From NCBI GenBank assembly GCA_020629775.1, contig JAHDCP010000002.1, positions 17,433 to 81,432 on the forward strand: DNA of 64,000 nucleotides, given 5' to 3'. The notes beneath the pieces were generated by a model. It had not been told where the DNA came from, did not search any database, and worked only from the letters and a program-made list of their open reading frames with translations. This stretch comes from Planktomarina sp. (lineage in GTDB: Bacteria > Pseudomonadota > Alphaproteobacteria > Rhodobacterales > Rhodobacteraceae). Made by a program: the position numbers and the translations under genes. Each line of letters opens with the position of its first letter. Within the stretch, counting starts at the first letter, position 1. Shown here in pieces: positions 55,088 through 64,000 of the stretch.

Positions 55088-55944
55088 TCCTGCGACTGTT
55101 GTTGATGGACGCCGGTAAGGTTCTGCGCGACGCGGGCGTGCAGGGCGGGGAACGCGATGTGCGACTTTTGTTTGCCTTTGTTGATGGCAGCGACGTGGGG
55201 CGCATCAATACGGAACTGGATCATGTTCTGGATTGGTCAGATGGGAAACGCGCGGCTTTTGATGACATGATTAACTTGCGGGCCAGCGGCGTGCCGGTGG
55301 CCAAGATTATTGGACGCAAAGCGTTTTGGAAGGGCGAGTTTTTGGTCAACTTCGATGTTTTGGATCCTCGCCCGGATACCGAAACGTTGATCGAAGTTGC
55401 CTTGCAAGACCCCTTTACCCGCGTCTTGGATTTGGGAACCGGATCGGGGTGCATTTTGATATCCCTGCTGATGGAACGTGCCAATGCCACGGGTGTTGGC
55501 GTTGATATTTCTGACAATGCCCTGGCCGTGGCCCGCGAAAACGCGGCTTTGCATAACTGTGAAGCTGCGGCAGATTTCCAAACATCGAACTGGTTCGAAA
55601 ATGTGGAGGGGTCGTTTGATTTGATCGTTTCCAACCCACCTTATATCGCGGCCAATGAAATGGCGGGTTTGGACAAAGACGTGCGCGGCTTTGATCCGGC
55701 CATTGCCCTGACGGACGGGGCCGATGGGTTAGGGGCATATCGCATCATTGCTGCCGGGGCAGCGGCCCATATGACCGATAGGGCCCGGCTGATTTTGGAA
55801 ATTGGGTATACCCAAGCATCCGACGTGACGATTCTTCTGGCGGACCAAGGGTTTGTGGAAATCACCACCCACCAGGATCTGAACGGCCGGGATCGTGTCA
55901 TCTGCGCCAGAAAACCAAGGCTTGGCCCGGCGTTCACGCAATAA
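55084..55944 (+). CDS. prmC: release factor glutamine N5-methyltransferase
   Basis: SAM motif [11 protein letters not shown] and catalytic [11 protein letters not shown] overlap with prfA. Confidence 0.9.
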   Translation: MILRLLLMDAGKVLRDAGVQGGERDVRLLFAFVDGSDVGRINTELDHVLDWSDGKRAAFDDMINLRASGVPVAKIIGRKAFWKGEFLVNFDVLDPRPDTETLIEVALQDPFTRVLDLGTGSGCILISLLMERANATGVGVDISDNALAVARENAALHNCEAAADFQTSNWFENVEGSFDLIVSNPPYIAANEMAGLDKDVRGFDPAIALTDGADGLGAYRIIAAGAAAHMTDRARLILEIGYTQASDVTILLADQGFVEITTHQDLNGRDRVICARKPRLGPAFTQ

Positions 55945-56099
55945 AGTAACATTTGGCCTTGTTTTGGCGCGGCAATCATGCTTTCTCTCCGTCAAGCAGG
56001 TGGTGCAGTGCACCCCGCAAGGTAATCCGAAAATCGTGACCTTTCGCCCATACGCGGGTGTTCTGGGTCCGCTGCCAAACATGGGCCACCACAAATCAC

Positions 56100-56645
56100 A
56101 TGAGAAACTCTAAATCGCGCAACCGCTCGAAGAACAATCGCAACCGATCCGTTGGGAACGTCATTAACCGTGTGTTTGACAGTTCCGGTCCCGAAGGCAA
56201 AGTGCGCGGCACCCCGCAGCAGATTATCGACAAATACAACCAATTGGCCCGTGACGCCCAATTGTCTGGCGACCGGGTTGCCGTTGAAAACTTCCAGCAG
56301 CATTCGGAACATTACTTGCGCTTGTTGGCCGAAGCCACGCGTGAACAAGAAGCCAAGCGTGAACAGCAAGAACGCGAAAATCGTGAGCGCCAGGCCCAGC
56401 GGGACCAAGAGCGCAACGAACGCAAAGACGATGATGACGCGGCACCAGCGCAAAGCCAGCCCGCCCATGTTTCCGATGATCCATCTGAAATGCCGCAACC
56501 CGATGCTTTGGCTGTGGAAGGGGATGCTCAATCCCCCTTGGTGGCCACACCGGAACAGGCAGAAGATGCGCCCAAGCCACGCCGCAAGCGGGCCCCAAAG
56601 CCCAAGCCGGAAACGGATGCGGCACCAGAAGCGGCGGCTGAATAA
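56100..56645 (+). CDS. DUF4167 domain-containing protein
   Basis: Basic N-terminus, then VRGTPQQIIDKYNQLARDAQLSGDRVAVENFQQHSEHYLRLL, followed by an acidic/basic low-complexity tail. Confidence 0.7.
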   Translation: MRNSKSRNRSKNNRNRSVGNVINRVFDSSGPEGKVRGTPQQIIDKYNQLARDAQLSGDRVAVENFQQHSEHYLRLLAEATREQEAKREQQERENRERQAQRDQERNERKDDDDAAPAQSQPAHVSDDPSEMPQPDALAVEGDAQSPLVATPEQAEDAPKPRRKRAPKPKPETDAAPEAAAE

Positions 56646-56648
56646 AAC

Positions 56649-57488
56649 CTATTTTGCGTCCAGGGCCTGGGCCAGGGCGCAAAATCCTTCGATCGAAATT
56701 TCTTCTGCACGGGACGTGGGCTTGATGCCTGCGATTTCCAGAATTTCTTCTGGATTTGGGTGCACCTGTTTTAAGCTGGACCGCAACATTTTGCGACGTT
56801 GATTAAACGCAGCGCCCACAACCCGTTCCAGTGTTTTCTGATTTGCCGGATATCGCGGTTTTGGCAGGGCCGTGACATGCACAACGGCTGAATGCACTTT
56901 GGGGGCTGGGGTGAATGCTTCGGGGGGAACCCCCATGGCAATGTATGTGTCACACCGCCAGTTCGCCAATATCGCCAGACGACCGTAATGCTTGTCACCA
57001 GGTTCAGCCACGATCCGCTGGGCCACTTCCCGTTGGAACATCAATGTCAGACTGTCCCAGAACGGGGGCCAATTTGCAGGCGTCAGCCAACGGATCAACA
57101 GTTCTGTACCCACGTTATAGGGCAAGTTGGCCACCACTTTGACGGGGGCATTCAGGACAGACGCGGGGTCAAAATCCAATGCGTCGGCTTCTGCCACGTG
57201 CAATCGCCCGGGGTTCGCATCGGCGATTTCTGCCAAAGCGGCCATGCAGCGGTGGTCTTTTTCCAAGGCCACAACCCGGCGCGCCCCTTCGGCCAACAAG
57301 CCACGGGTTAATCCGCCTGGGCCCGGGCCGATTTCCAGAATGTCATGGCCGGACAGATCCCCAGCTTGGCGGGCAATTTTGGCAGTCAGGTTCAAATCCA
57401 GCAGGAAGTTTTGCCCCAAGGATTTGCGCGCTTGCAAATCATGGCGGTCAAGAACGTCCCGTAAAGGGGGCAGGTTATCAATTCCCAT
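56649..57488 (-). CDS. rsmA: 16S rRNA (adenine1518/1519-N6)-dimethyltransferase
   Basis: [21 protein letters not shown] and [10 protein letters not shown] motifs. The ATG at 57488 overlaps the pdxA 3' end. Confidence 0.9.
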   Translation of the reverse strand: MGIDNLPPLRDVLDRHDLQARKSLGQNFLLDLNLTAKIARQAGDLSGHDILEIGPGPGGLTRGLLAEGARRVVALEKDHRCMAALAEIADANPGRLHVAEADALDFDPASVLNAPVKVVANLPYNVGTELLIRWLTPANWPPFWDSLTLMFQREVAQRIVAEPGDKHYGRLAILANWRCDTYIAMGVPPEAFTPAPKVHSAVVHVTALPKPRYPANQKTLERVVGAAFNQRRKMLRSSLKQVHPNPEEILEIAGIKPTSRAEEISIEGFCALAQALDAK

Positions 57489-58434
57489 GGGCCATGGTCC
57501 ACGCTGTCTTAAGGGCTGCAATCATGGACATGGGGTCGGCTTTGCCGGTTCCTGCAATGTCAAAGGCGGTGCCGTGGTCTGGGGATGTGCGCACGAACGG
57601 CAATCCCAAGGTCACGTTCACGCCGCCCGAAAAGTCCAGGGTCTTGATGGGGATCAGGGCTTGGTCATGGTACATGCACAGCGCCACATCGTATGTTGCC
57701 CGTGCAGCAGGGTGGAACATGGTGTCCGCAGACAGCGGCCCCCAAATGTTAACCCCATCGTCGGCCAAGCTTTGCACAGCTGGTCCCACGATATCCAAAT
57801 CTTCCCGGCCGATTTTGCCCCCCTCAGATGCATGGGGGTTCAGGCCTGCAACACAGATACGCGGTGTCTTGATGCCCAGTTTGGCTTGGAAATCCCGTTG
57901 GATGATGGCCACCGTTTCACGGATCAGATCGGTGGTAACGGCCTGCGGGACATCCTTGATGGGAATGTGAATGGTCAGCGGCACGACCCGCAAATCGGGG
58001 CTGGCCAGCATCATCACCGGGGTGACATCCGGCCCTGCCAAATGGGCCAGGAATTCAGTGTGCCCTGGATGGGCAAAGCCCGCGCCGTCTTGCAACACTT
58101 GTTTGTGGATGGGCGCAGTGCAGATGCCGCTGAACGCGCCCGACTGGGTGCCCGCCACAGCCATTTCAATGGACTGCACCACACCCGCCGCATTGATCAG
58201 GTTTGGGGTGCCGGGGGTGGCTGTTTCAGGGAACGCAATGGATTGAACGGGCAAACTGTCCGCATCAGCGTTTGCCCCGTGTTCATGCCATTTTGTACCT
58301 TCAGGCAAATGCCGTGGATCGCCCAACCAGACACAGGGAACATCTTGTTTCACCGCTTGGAAGGCCGCCACTGCGATCTCAGGTCCGATCCCTGCGGGAT
58401 CTCCGCAGGTGATCGCGATGGGGGCTTTGGTCAT
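57478..58434 (-). CDS. pdxA: 4-hydroxythreonine-4-phosphate dehydrogenase
   Basis: [13 protein letters not shown] and [19 protein letters not shown] motifs. Confidence 0.9.
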   Translation of the reverse strand: MTKAPIAITCGDPAGIGPEIAVAAFQAVKQDVPCVWLGDPRHLPEGTKWHEHGANADADSLPVQSIAFPETATPGTPNLINAAGVVQSIEMAVAGTQSGAFSGICTAPIHKQVLQDGAGFAHPGHTEFLAHLAGPDVTPVMMLASPDLRVVPLTIHIPIKDVPQAVTTDLIRETVAIIQRDFQAKLGIKTPRICVAGLNPHASEGGKIGREDLDIVGPAVQSLADDGVNIWGPLSADTMFHPAARATYDVALCMYHDQALIPIKTLDFSGGVNVTLGLPFVRTSPDHGTAFDIAGTGKADPMSMIAALKTAWTMAHGN

Positions 58435-59648
58435 TTGCGAACGATGCGCGCCTTGGCGCGAAGTTCTTGCAAATACCCATCGGCCAAGCTGGACAAACGG
58501 CGCTGACGCAACTGTTCTGAAATTTGGGCACGCCGCGCTTCTTCGCCTTCATCGTCTGTGTTCAGCTCAAAACTGCGACCACACAACATGATGATCTTGG
58601 TGGTGCCCGCAGGGCCGGGCAGGGTGGTCATTTCGTCCGCGTCCATATTGGCCAGTTTAAGGGCCACCTCTTTGTCGATTTGGCCTGGCTTCAGGGTTTC
58701 TCGCTCCAAGTCTCGACCGCCCATGCGTTTGGCCACACCGTACAGATCGTCACACACATCAATACGCGCCAGGATGTCTTGGGTGCGGCCCTCAGGCACG
58801 TTGATCGTGGCAAATTCCAAGGCGGATGTTTTGCGTTTCTTGGGTTTGATTTCTTGCAAGTCACGCAGTTGGAACAGCAAAATCGCGTTTTCCACTTCAA
58901 GCGGTTCTGTCACCTCTCCTGGTTTTAGTTCCAGCAAGATCGGGCGCAGTGCGGGCGGCAGTTCGTTCAAATCCATCCATTCCAAACGGCCGCCTTTGCC
59001 ACGGGTCGCAGATGCCGAATGACGGCGCGCTTCTGCAGAGAAGGTGGATGTGGACCGGATTTTAGAAAGACGTTCCGCCAAACGTTTGGCGCGGCGCGCT
59101 TCCCTTGGACGGGCGGGCAAAATGATTTCAGAAATCAACAACCGCAAGCCGCCGCGACCACCACTGTTGGCCAACGCGCGGTCAATTTCGACTTCGCTCA
59201 CTTCGCCACGGCCGGCAAAACGGGTGCGCACAACCGCGCGCCAAGTGATGTTGGATTCAATAAAATCACGTGCTGTTTGCACCGCAACGCCGCGGCTGAT
59301 CAGGTATTGTTCAAATTGTTGCAAACTCAAATTTGCCCGGCTTGCAAAGCGTTCCATTTCATCTGTGACAGCACCGTCATTCAGTTCTAATCCCATACTG
59401 CGCGCAGCTTGCATGCGCAGGCGGTCTTCGATCAAATCTTCTTCCGCCTGTTTCTTGAGGTTCCCGCGCTGGCCAATGGCCTCGTAAAACTTGACGCGTT
59501 GGTCCATTTCATACCGGGTGATTGACGAATTGTTGACGGTGATAATGACGTCAAACTTCTTTTGCGCCACGGCAGGGGTGGCGAACACTGCGGCGCAGGC
59601 CACCAATACAGCGGTGAAAAAGGTCAAATAAGCTGGGGCGCGGGACAT
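58431..59648 (-). CDS. surA: periplasmic chaperone/peptidyl-prolyl isomerase, SurA-like
   Basis: Signal peptide (FFTAVLVACAAVFATPAVAQ) and a SurA N-terminal-type helical domain. It occupies the lptD-surA-pdxA-rsmA synteny position. ATG at 59648. Confidence 0.75.
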   Translation of the reverse strand: MSRAPAYLTFFTAVLVACAAVFATPAVAQKKFDVIITVNNSSITRYEMDQRVKFYEAIGQRGNLKKQAEEDLIEDRLRMQAARSMGLELNDGAVTDEMERFASRANLSLQQFEQYLISRGVAVQTARDFIESNITWRAVVRTRFAGRGEVSEVEIDRALANSGGRGGLRLLISEIILPARPREARRAKRLAERLSKIRSTSTFSAEARRHSASATRGKGGRLEWMDLNELPPALRPILLELKPGEVTEPLEVENAILLFQLRDLQEIKPKKRKTSALEFATINVPEGRTQDILARIDVCDDLYGVAKRMGGRDLERETLKPGQIDKEVALKLANMDADEMTTLPGPAGTTKIIMLCGRSFELNTDDEGEEARRAQISEQLRQRRLSSLADGYLQELRAKARIVRK

Positions 59649-59649
59649 A

Positions 59650-61773
59650 TCATCCTCCACATTTCTTTGCGTGCGTGGTTTCTGCAGGGCCGGTGCCAAA
59701 GCCGCGCAAACCAACGCTTAATCCGTAGTCGGTGTCTTGTATGCCGGTGAACCGTTTGGTGGCAGAAAATTTCACTTCGATACATTCATTCTGATATTGG
59801 GCCCCGACATTCGCTTCGGAGAGTGTTTCACTCTGAAAATCATATCGCAAGCCGGTGGACAACGTCCAATTATCTCCAATTCGGCGGGAGCCGTCCAATG
59901 ACAATTCGCTTATATCGGAAAATCGTTGTTCGGCAGGGTCTGCTTCCAACCATGTGTGGGTGGCGGAAACATTGGTGCGATCTTGGGAAAATCCGATGCG
60001 GGTGTCGCTTTTGCGGATGGTGCCAATGTCGGTCAAGATCACGCGGTTCATCAGGTCCAGGCCGCTTTGGTTGGTGTACCCTGCTTCAATCACATAGTCT
60101 GAATGGGTGCTGCCCAACCCCGATGAATTTGAAAATGTTGTGGGGGAATTCTTGCGGAAAATGCGGCCGATGTTCCATGTCAAAACGTTTCCATTTGCAA
60201 AATTGTGCCGGGCTTTGACCCCAAAGCTCAGGCGCGTGCCCACATCTTTTGCATCGTGCCCAGGGGCGCGGCTGGCGGCAAACAAATTGCCAAAGTCCAG
60301 TTCAACACGTGTTGAATCTTGGTTTGGGGTGGTGTTGGCGGTGCTTTCAGTGTGGGCCACTTGCACCACAGGTTCCAACTGCATGGTTCCCCCGTCCGCG
60401 TTCTGGCGCATCAACGGCCAGCGCAAGGTGGCCATGACTGTGCCGGTGGCGTTGTTCACCTGTGGTCCCAATGTGGCATGTTGGCGGATGTAATAAGCAT
60501 CGGCATCCACCTGGGTGTTCCAGTCAAAGATCATCCCGTTGTTGAAGGTGCGCGTGCCAGTCCAATATCCATGCAGCGTAAAGCGCGCTAGATCAAATCC
60601 ATCGGGATCCAGGTCAGTATCAAGCGCTGTGTCCAATGGATTGGACGAACTTCGGCGGCTGCCAAAGAAGCTGAGCGCATAACCCGCTTCGCCCAAGTTG
60701 CCAGCCAAAGGCAGGCGTTCTTCCATGATCCCTTCCACCACGATGCTGGGAAGGATGGAGTTCACATCCGTGGGGCGCAGTGAATGATAAGCGGACACAC
60801 GAAGTTCAACATTCTTCAAGCGGTTTGCCCGGTTCAGCTCGATCCGCGACCGCAAGCGGTCTGCATCTGAATATCTGTAATCTTGCAGATAGGTGCGGTC
60901 GGAGACGGCCTGCAACTCAAACGTCAGGTCATAATCGCGGGCCAAGGCAAACGCCCCTTGGCCAAAGATATAGCCGCGGTTTGATCCTGGCAGAAAATGA
61001 TCGTCCGACACGGCCGCATTGAATTCAAAATCCCCCAGGCGCGTGGCTTGGCGATACCTCAATTCCAGCGTGTTGGTTTTGGTGGAAATATACGGTGTGA
61101 TCGTCAGATCGCGGTGGTCCCCCAACGTGATGAAATAGGGCAGGCGTACACCAACCCCCAAACGGGTGTTGTTGTGCAAACGCGGGATCAAAAAACCAGT
61201 GGACCGTTTCAACGATGGATCGGGCAGCCGAACGCGCGGCAAATACAAGACAGGCACATTGAAAAAACGCAACTGCGCGTGTTCAAAATAGATTTGTTGT
61301 TCTTCTTTATCATGCACCATGCGTTGTGCGCGAATTTGCCAAATCGGCGTGCGCCCATTGCAGATATGGCACGACGTCGCCGCCACTTTGTACGCCTGGT
61401 TATACCGGTCACTTTCCATCGAAAGTTCGGCGGCAGCCACTTGCAGGCGCTTGTCCAAAACAAAGCGGGCATCACGCAAAACGCCAGTGCGCAACGTGTT
61501 GTCCATTTCTGCTTCACTGGCCAAAATCGTGACCCGGTCCCCATCTTGCACGGTGATGGGGCCCTTGATGGTCAAGGTATCAGTGCTTTGATCATAGCGC
61601 ACTTCGTGGGCCGTGATCACCACGTCGCCTTGCCAGATGTGCACGTTTCCGCGCGCGGTGATAACACCTTGGCGTTCCACCACCACTTCATCGGCGATCA
61701 AGGTGGGGCTGGATTGGGCAAAGGTCAAAGCTGGTGCCAGGCACAGCCAAAAAATCAGCAGGAAACGCCGCAT
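59650..61773 (-). CDS. lptD: LPS-assembly outer-membrane protein LptD
   Basis: Signal peptide, then an OstA-like N-terminal domain (GNVHIWQGDVVITAHEVRYDQ), then a large beta-barrel region. 707 aa. Confidence 0.9.
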   Translation of the reverse strand: MRRFLLIFWLCLAPALTFAQSSPTLIADEVVVERQGVITARGNVHIWQGDVVITAHEVRYDQSTDTLTIKGPITVQDGDRVTILASEAEMDNTLRTGVLRDARFVLDKRLQVAAAELSMESDRYNQAYKVAATSCHICNGRTPIWQIRAQRMVHDKEEQQIYFEHAQLRFFNVPVLYLPRVRLPDPSLKRSTGFLIPRLHNNTRLGVGVRLPYFITLGDHRDLTITPYISTKTNTLELRYRQATRLGDFEFNAAVSDDHFLPGSNRGYIFGQGAFALARDYDLTFELQAVSDRTYLQDYRYSDADRLRSRIELNRANRLKNVELRVSAYHSLRPTDVNSILPSIVVEGIMEERLPLAGNLGEAGYALSFFGSRRSSSNPLDTALDTDLDPDGFDLARFTLHGYWTGTRTFNNGMIFDWNTQVDADAYYIRQHATLGPQVNNATGTVMATLRWPLMRQNADGGTMQLEPVVQVAHTESTANTTPNQDSTRVELDFGNLFAASRAPGHDAKDVGTRLSFGVKARHNFANGNVLTWNIGRIFRKNSPTTFSNSSGLGSTHSDYVIEAGYTNQSGLDLMNRVILTDIGTIRKSDTRIGFSQDRTNVSATHTWLEADPAEQRFSDISELSLDGSRRIGDNWTLSTGLRYDFQSETLSEANVGAQYQNECIEVKFSATKRFTGIQDTDYGLSVGLRGFGTGPAETTHAKKCGG

Positions 61774-62870
61774 CAGCCGTCCTCCGTGTGCAAAAGAAGA
61801 CTAAGGGCAAATCCAAAGGCCACGATATTGGGCACCCAAGCCGCCAACAAAGGATTGATCTGACCGTTTTCGCCCAAGATTTGGCCGAAGTTGCGCACAA
61901 AATAGAGGCCAAACCCCGCAAGCACAGCAAACAAAACCATCAGCGATGTCTGCTGCACCCGCGAATGGTGCACCGTAAACGCAGCGCCGATTAAAACGAT
62001 CCCTGCCAAAAACACAGGCAAAGCCAGTTCCATATGCATCCACACCACGTGGCGCTTTGCGGAAAAGCCTGCGTTTTCCAGGCGTTTGATAAAGGCCGGC
62101 AATTGCCAAACGGGAATGGATGCAGGGGTGCCGAAACTGTCAGAGATATGATCACGAGTTAAATCCGTCGGAACGCGTAGTTCGCGTTCGGTCACGGCCC
62201 CGCGTTCTGGGTTGAACAATCGATCCAAGGGCCATGTCTTGGCGTTTGCCAATTGCCAGTACCCATCTTGCAACGACGCAGACGCCGCCCTGGTGCGATC
62301 CAAAGCTTTGCCGTCTTGGGCAAAACCATACAAGGTCACGTCAAACAATTGCGTGCCGTCCAAATTGGCGCGTTTGGCATGGATAACCGTTTGGCGATCT
62401 GCGCTGCCTTGGCGCAACCAAAATCCCGTGGCCGATACGGACAAAGAACTGACTTCATCGCCATTCAGGGCGGCGGCGCGCGCCTCGTATTCTTTTTCGG
62501 TGATGGCCACCACCGGGTTCAAAATCGACACAGCCAGGATGCCCACCATCAACGCCATATACACCGGGGGCAGGGCGCTGCGGAACGCCGAACGCCCCGC
62601 CGCACGGGCCACCACCAATTCACTGCTGCGCGCCAACCCCAAGAACAGCGCGATGGAACTAAGAACCATGATCAGCGGCATAATTTGGTAATACCGTGAT
62701 GGCGCCGACAGGGCGACAAGCCCAACAATGCGCCCAAGGCCCAAGTCTTGGCCACCGAATTTGCGCACCTGTTCCAAGAAATCCATCAGCAAGATCAGCG
62801 TTAAAAACGCCAAGCTGATCACCAGAAACGTGGAAAGAAAACGCCGTGCGAAATACAGGTTCAAAATCAT
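61773..62870 (-). CDS. lptG: LPS export ABC permease LptG
   Basis: MILNLYFARRFLSTFL... is a YjgP/YjgQ-family permease. ATG at 62870, with an ATGA overlap with lptF. Confidence 0.85.
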   Translation of the reverse strand: MILNLYFARRFLSTFLVISLAFLTLILLMDFLEQVRKFGGQDLGLGRIVGLVALSAPSRYYQIMPLIMVLSSIALFLGLARSSELVVARAAGRSAFRSALPPVYMALMVGILAVSILNPVVAITEKEYEARAAALNGDEVSSLSVSATGFWLRQGSADRQTVIHAKRANLDGTQLFDVTLYGFAQDGKALDRTRAASASLQDGYWQLANAKTWPLDRLFNPERGAVTERELRVPTDLTRDHISDSFGTPASIPVWQLPAFIKRLENAGFSAKRHVVWMHMELALPVFLAGIVLIGAAFTVHHSRVQQTSLMVLFAVLAGFGLYFVRNFGQILGENGQINPLLAAWVPNIVAFGFALSLLLHTEDG

Positions 62871-63970
62871 GCTGGCACCCCGCCCATGCGCACCCAGACC
62901 CGGTCTTTGCGCAATAAGAACAATGCCCCTAAGGCAAGGCCGATCACAATGGGCACATACAGCGCCCAAACCTGGTCCATGTCTTCCAAGACATAATCTG
63001 TGGCGGCACTTTCAATAACCTTGATCAAGACAAGCATGATTGTGGCGACAAACACCTGGGGCCAAATGCCAAAACGGCTGAAATTTGCGGACACCAAAAC
63101 CGCAAAGCCGATGAAGCCCGCCACCAAGGCCAGCAAGCCCGCCACGGTGCGGTTGTGCAATTCAAAGGTAACCAAAGCGCCTTCAAAGACCCGTGATTTT
63201 GCGGAAATTAATTCAAGACTGGTCCAGAAATCCACGTTATCCGCGCGTTCTTTTGGGGGGCCCACCAAGGCGCCAACGTCAAAGACAAAGTCATTAAACC
63301 GTGTGACTGACAATTGGTTCGTAACGTCATTGGAAATTTGCACCAATCCATCGATCATCACCAGCTTTGGCCCCGTATCAGATTTAACCAAAAACGCGCG
63401 GCCCGCAGAATACGTTAAATGCTGGGCCGGATCGCGTGTGTCGTCCAAGAACACGTTCAACAATTCCCCTTCAGGCGAAATGGCCCGCAAATAGAATGTA
63501 ACGCCATCGGTCGGCGATAAGAATTGCCCTTCGGTTAACAAGCGCGCCGTCAAGTTTTCCGCCACTTCCGCTTGGCGAATGTTCAGCCGTTCTTTGCTGA
63601 CCGGGACCACCAAGTGGGTCAGGATCATAAGCAAAACAGAAATAATCAATCCAAAGACCAACACCGGTCGTGCCAAACGGCGGGCGCTGAAGCCCGTGGC
63701 GTGAAACACGGCCAATTCACTGTCGTTGGCCATGCGGTTGGTCACGTAAACCGCCGCGGCGAAAGCCGCGATGGGGCTGACGGTGGCAATGATGGCGGGC
63801 AGGGTCATTATGGTGAATTCCAAAAACACCAAGGCCGATTGTCCGTCCGAAATCAGCTGATCGAACAGCCGAACGGCCCGATTGATCCAGTACACCAGCA
63901 CCAGGATCAAGGCGAAGAAGCCGAACGTAGCAAGCATCTGCCGCAGTATATAGCGATCAAGGCGTCCCAT
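62867..63970 (-). CDS. lptF: LPS export ABC permease LptF
   Basis: MGRLDRYILRQMLATFGFFALILVLVYWINRAVRLFD... is a typical LptF N-terminus. Confidence 0.85.
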   Translation of the reverse strand: MGRLDRYILRQMLATFGFFALILVLVYWINRAVRLFDQLISDGQSALVFLEFTIMTLPAIIATVSPIAAFAAAVYVTNRMANDSELAVFHATGFSARRLARPVLVFGLIISVLLMILTHLVVPVSKERLNIRQAEVAENLTARLLTEGQFLSPTDGVTFYLRAISPEGELLNVFLDDTRDPAQHLTYSAGRAFLVKSDTGPKLVMIDGLVQISNDVTNQLSVTRFNDFVFDVGALVGPPKERADNVDFWTSLELISAKSRVFEGALVTFELHNRTVAGLLALVAGFIGFAVLVSANFSRFGIWPQVFVATIMLVLIKVIESAATDYVLEDMDQVWALYVPIVIGLALGALFLLRKDRVWVRMGGVPA

Positions 63971-64000
63971 GGCCCCCCCATGTAGTAGAGCGAAATTAGA

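Noticed and set aside
57127-58506. 459-aa plus-strand ORF antisense to rsmA and pdxA (similarly 19272-20303 antisense to fabD, 13763-14668 antisense to tig, 52474-53379 antisense to the ureohydrolase, and 60997-61863 antisense to lptD)
   Set aside because: All are long open frames opposite well-supported genes, with Arg/Gly/His-rich low-information translations. This is the usual antisense-frame artefact.

Overview
This looks like a chromosomal core-genome segment of an alphaproteobacterium. Gene content and synteny resemble the Rhodobacterales/roseobacter group, but that is inference only, since no search was run. I support about 62 protein-coding genes and found no rRNA, tRNA, CRISPR array, IS element or integrase.

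Gene content from left to right:
- SCP2/hydrolase pair, TPR protein, Suv3-like helicase, S4-domain protein, fdxA, carD, cobS/cobT and a CPA2 K+ efflux protein.
- A 966-aa Pro/Ala-rich membrane protein, a VOC protein, a low-GC GT8-like transferase, tig and an XAT acetyltransferase.
- rpsF-rpsR-rplI, YceI genes, and fabD-fabG-acpP-fabF-mltG.
- A complete RcGTA-type gene transfer agent head-tail cluster (g1-g15, 24.18-38.15 kb), followed by cysE.
- pdhABC, ftsB-like, fba, pgk, two cyclophilins, DUF3179, an orphan Fe3+ binding protein and mazG.
- An M20 amidohydrolase with two agmatinase-family ureohydrolases, prfA-prmC, DUF4167, and rsmA-pdxA-surA-lptD-lptG-lptF.

I see no convincing evidence for an entirely new multi-gene system. 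The GTA is a known class of element. The most interesting signals are non-coding and lie inside or next to it:
- A triple in-phase TTAA site (two overlapping CtrA-type boxes) just upstream of g1.
- Three perfect 21-nt hairpins at an exact 24-nt period right after the large terminase gene.
- A further perfect TTAA-N7-TTAA box upstream of the portal gene.
- A highly structured 168-nt capsid-to-adaptor spacer.

All calls come from reading the sequence and the ORF track by eye. Start codons are chosen from ATG/GTG/TTG position plus Shine-Dalgarno-like purine runs and may be off by a few codons.
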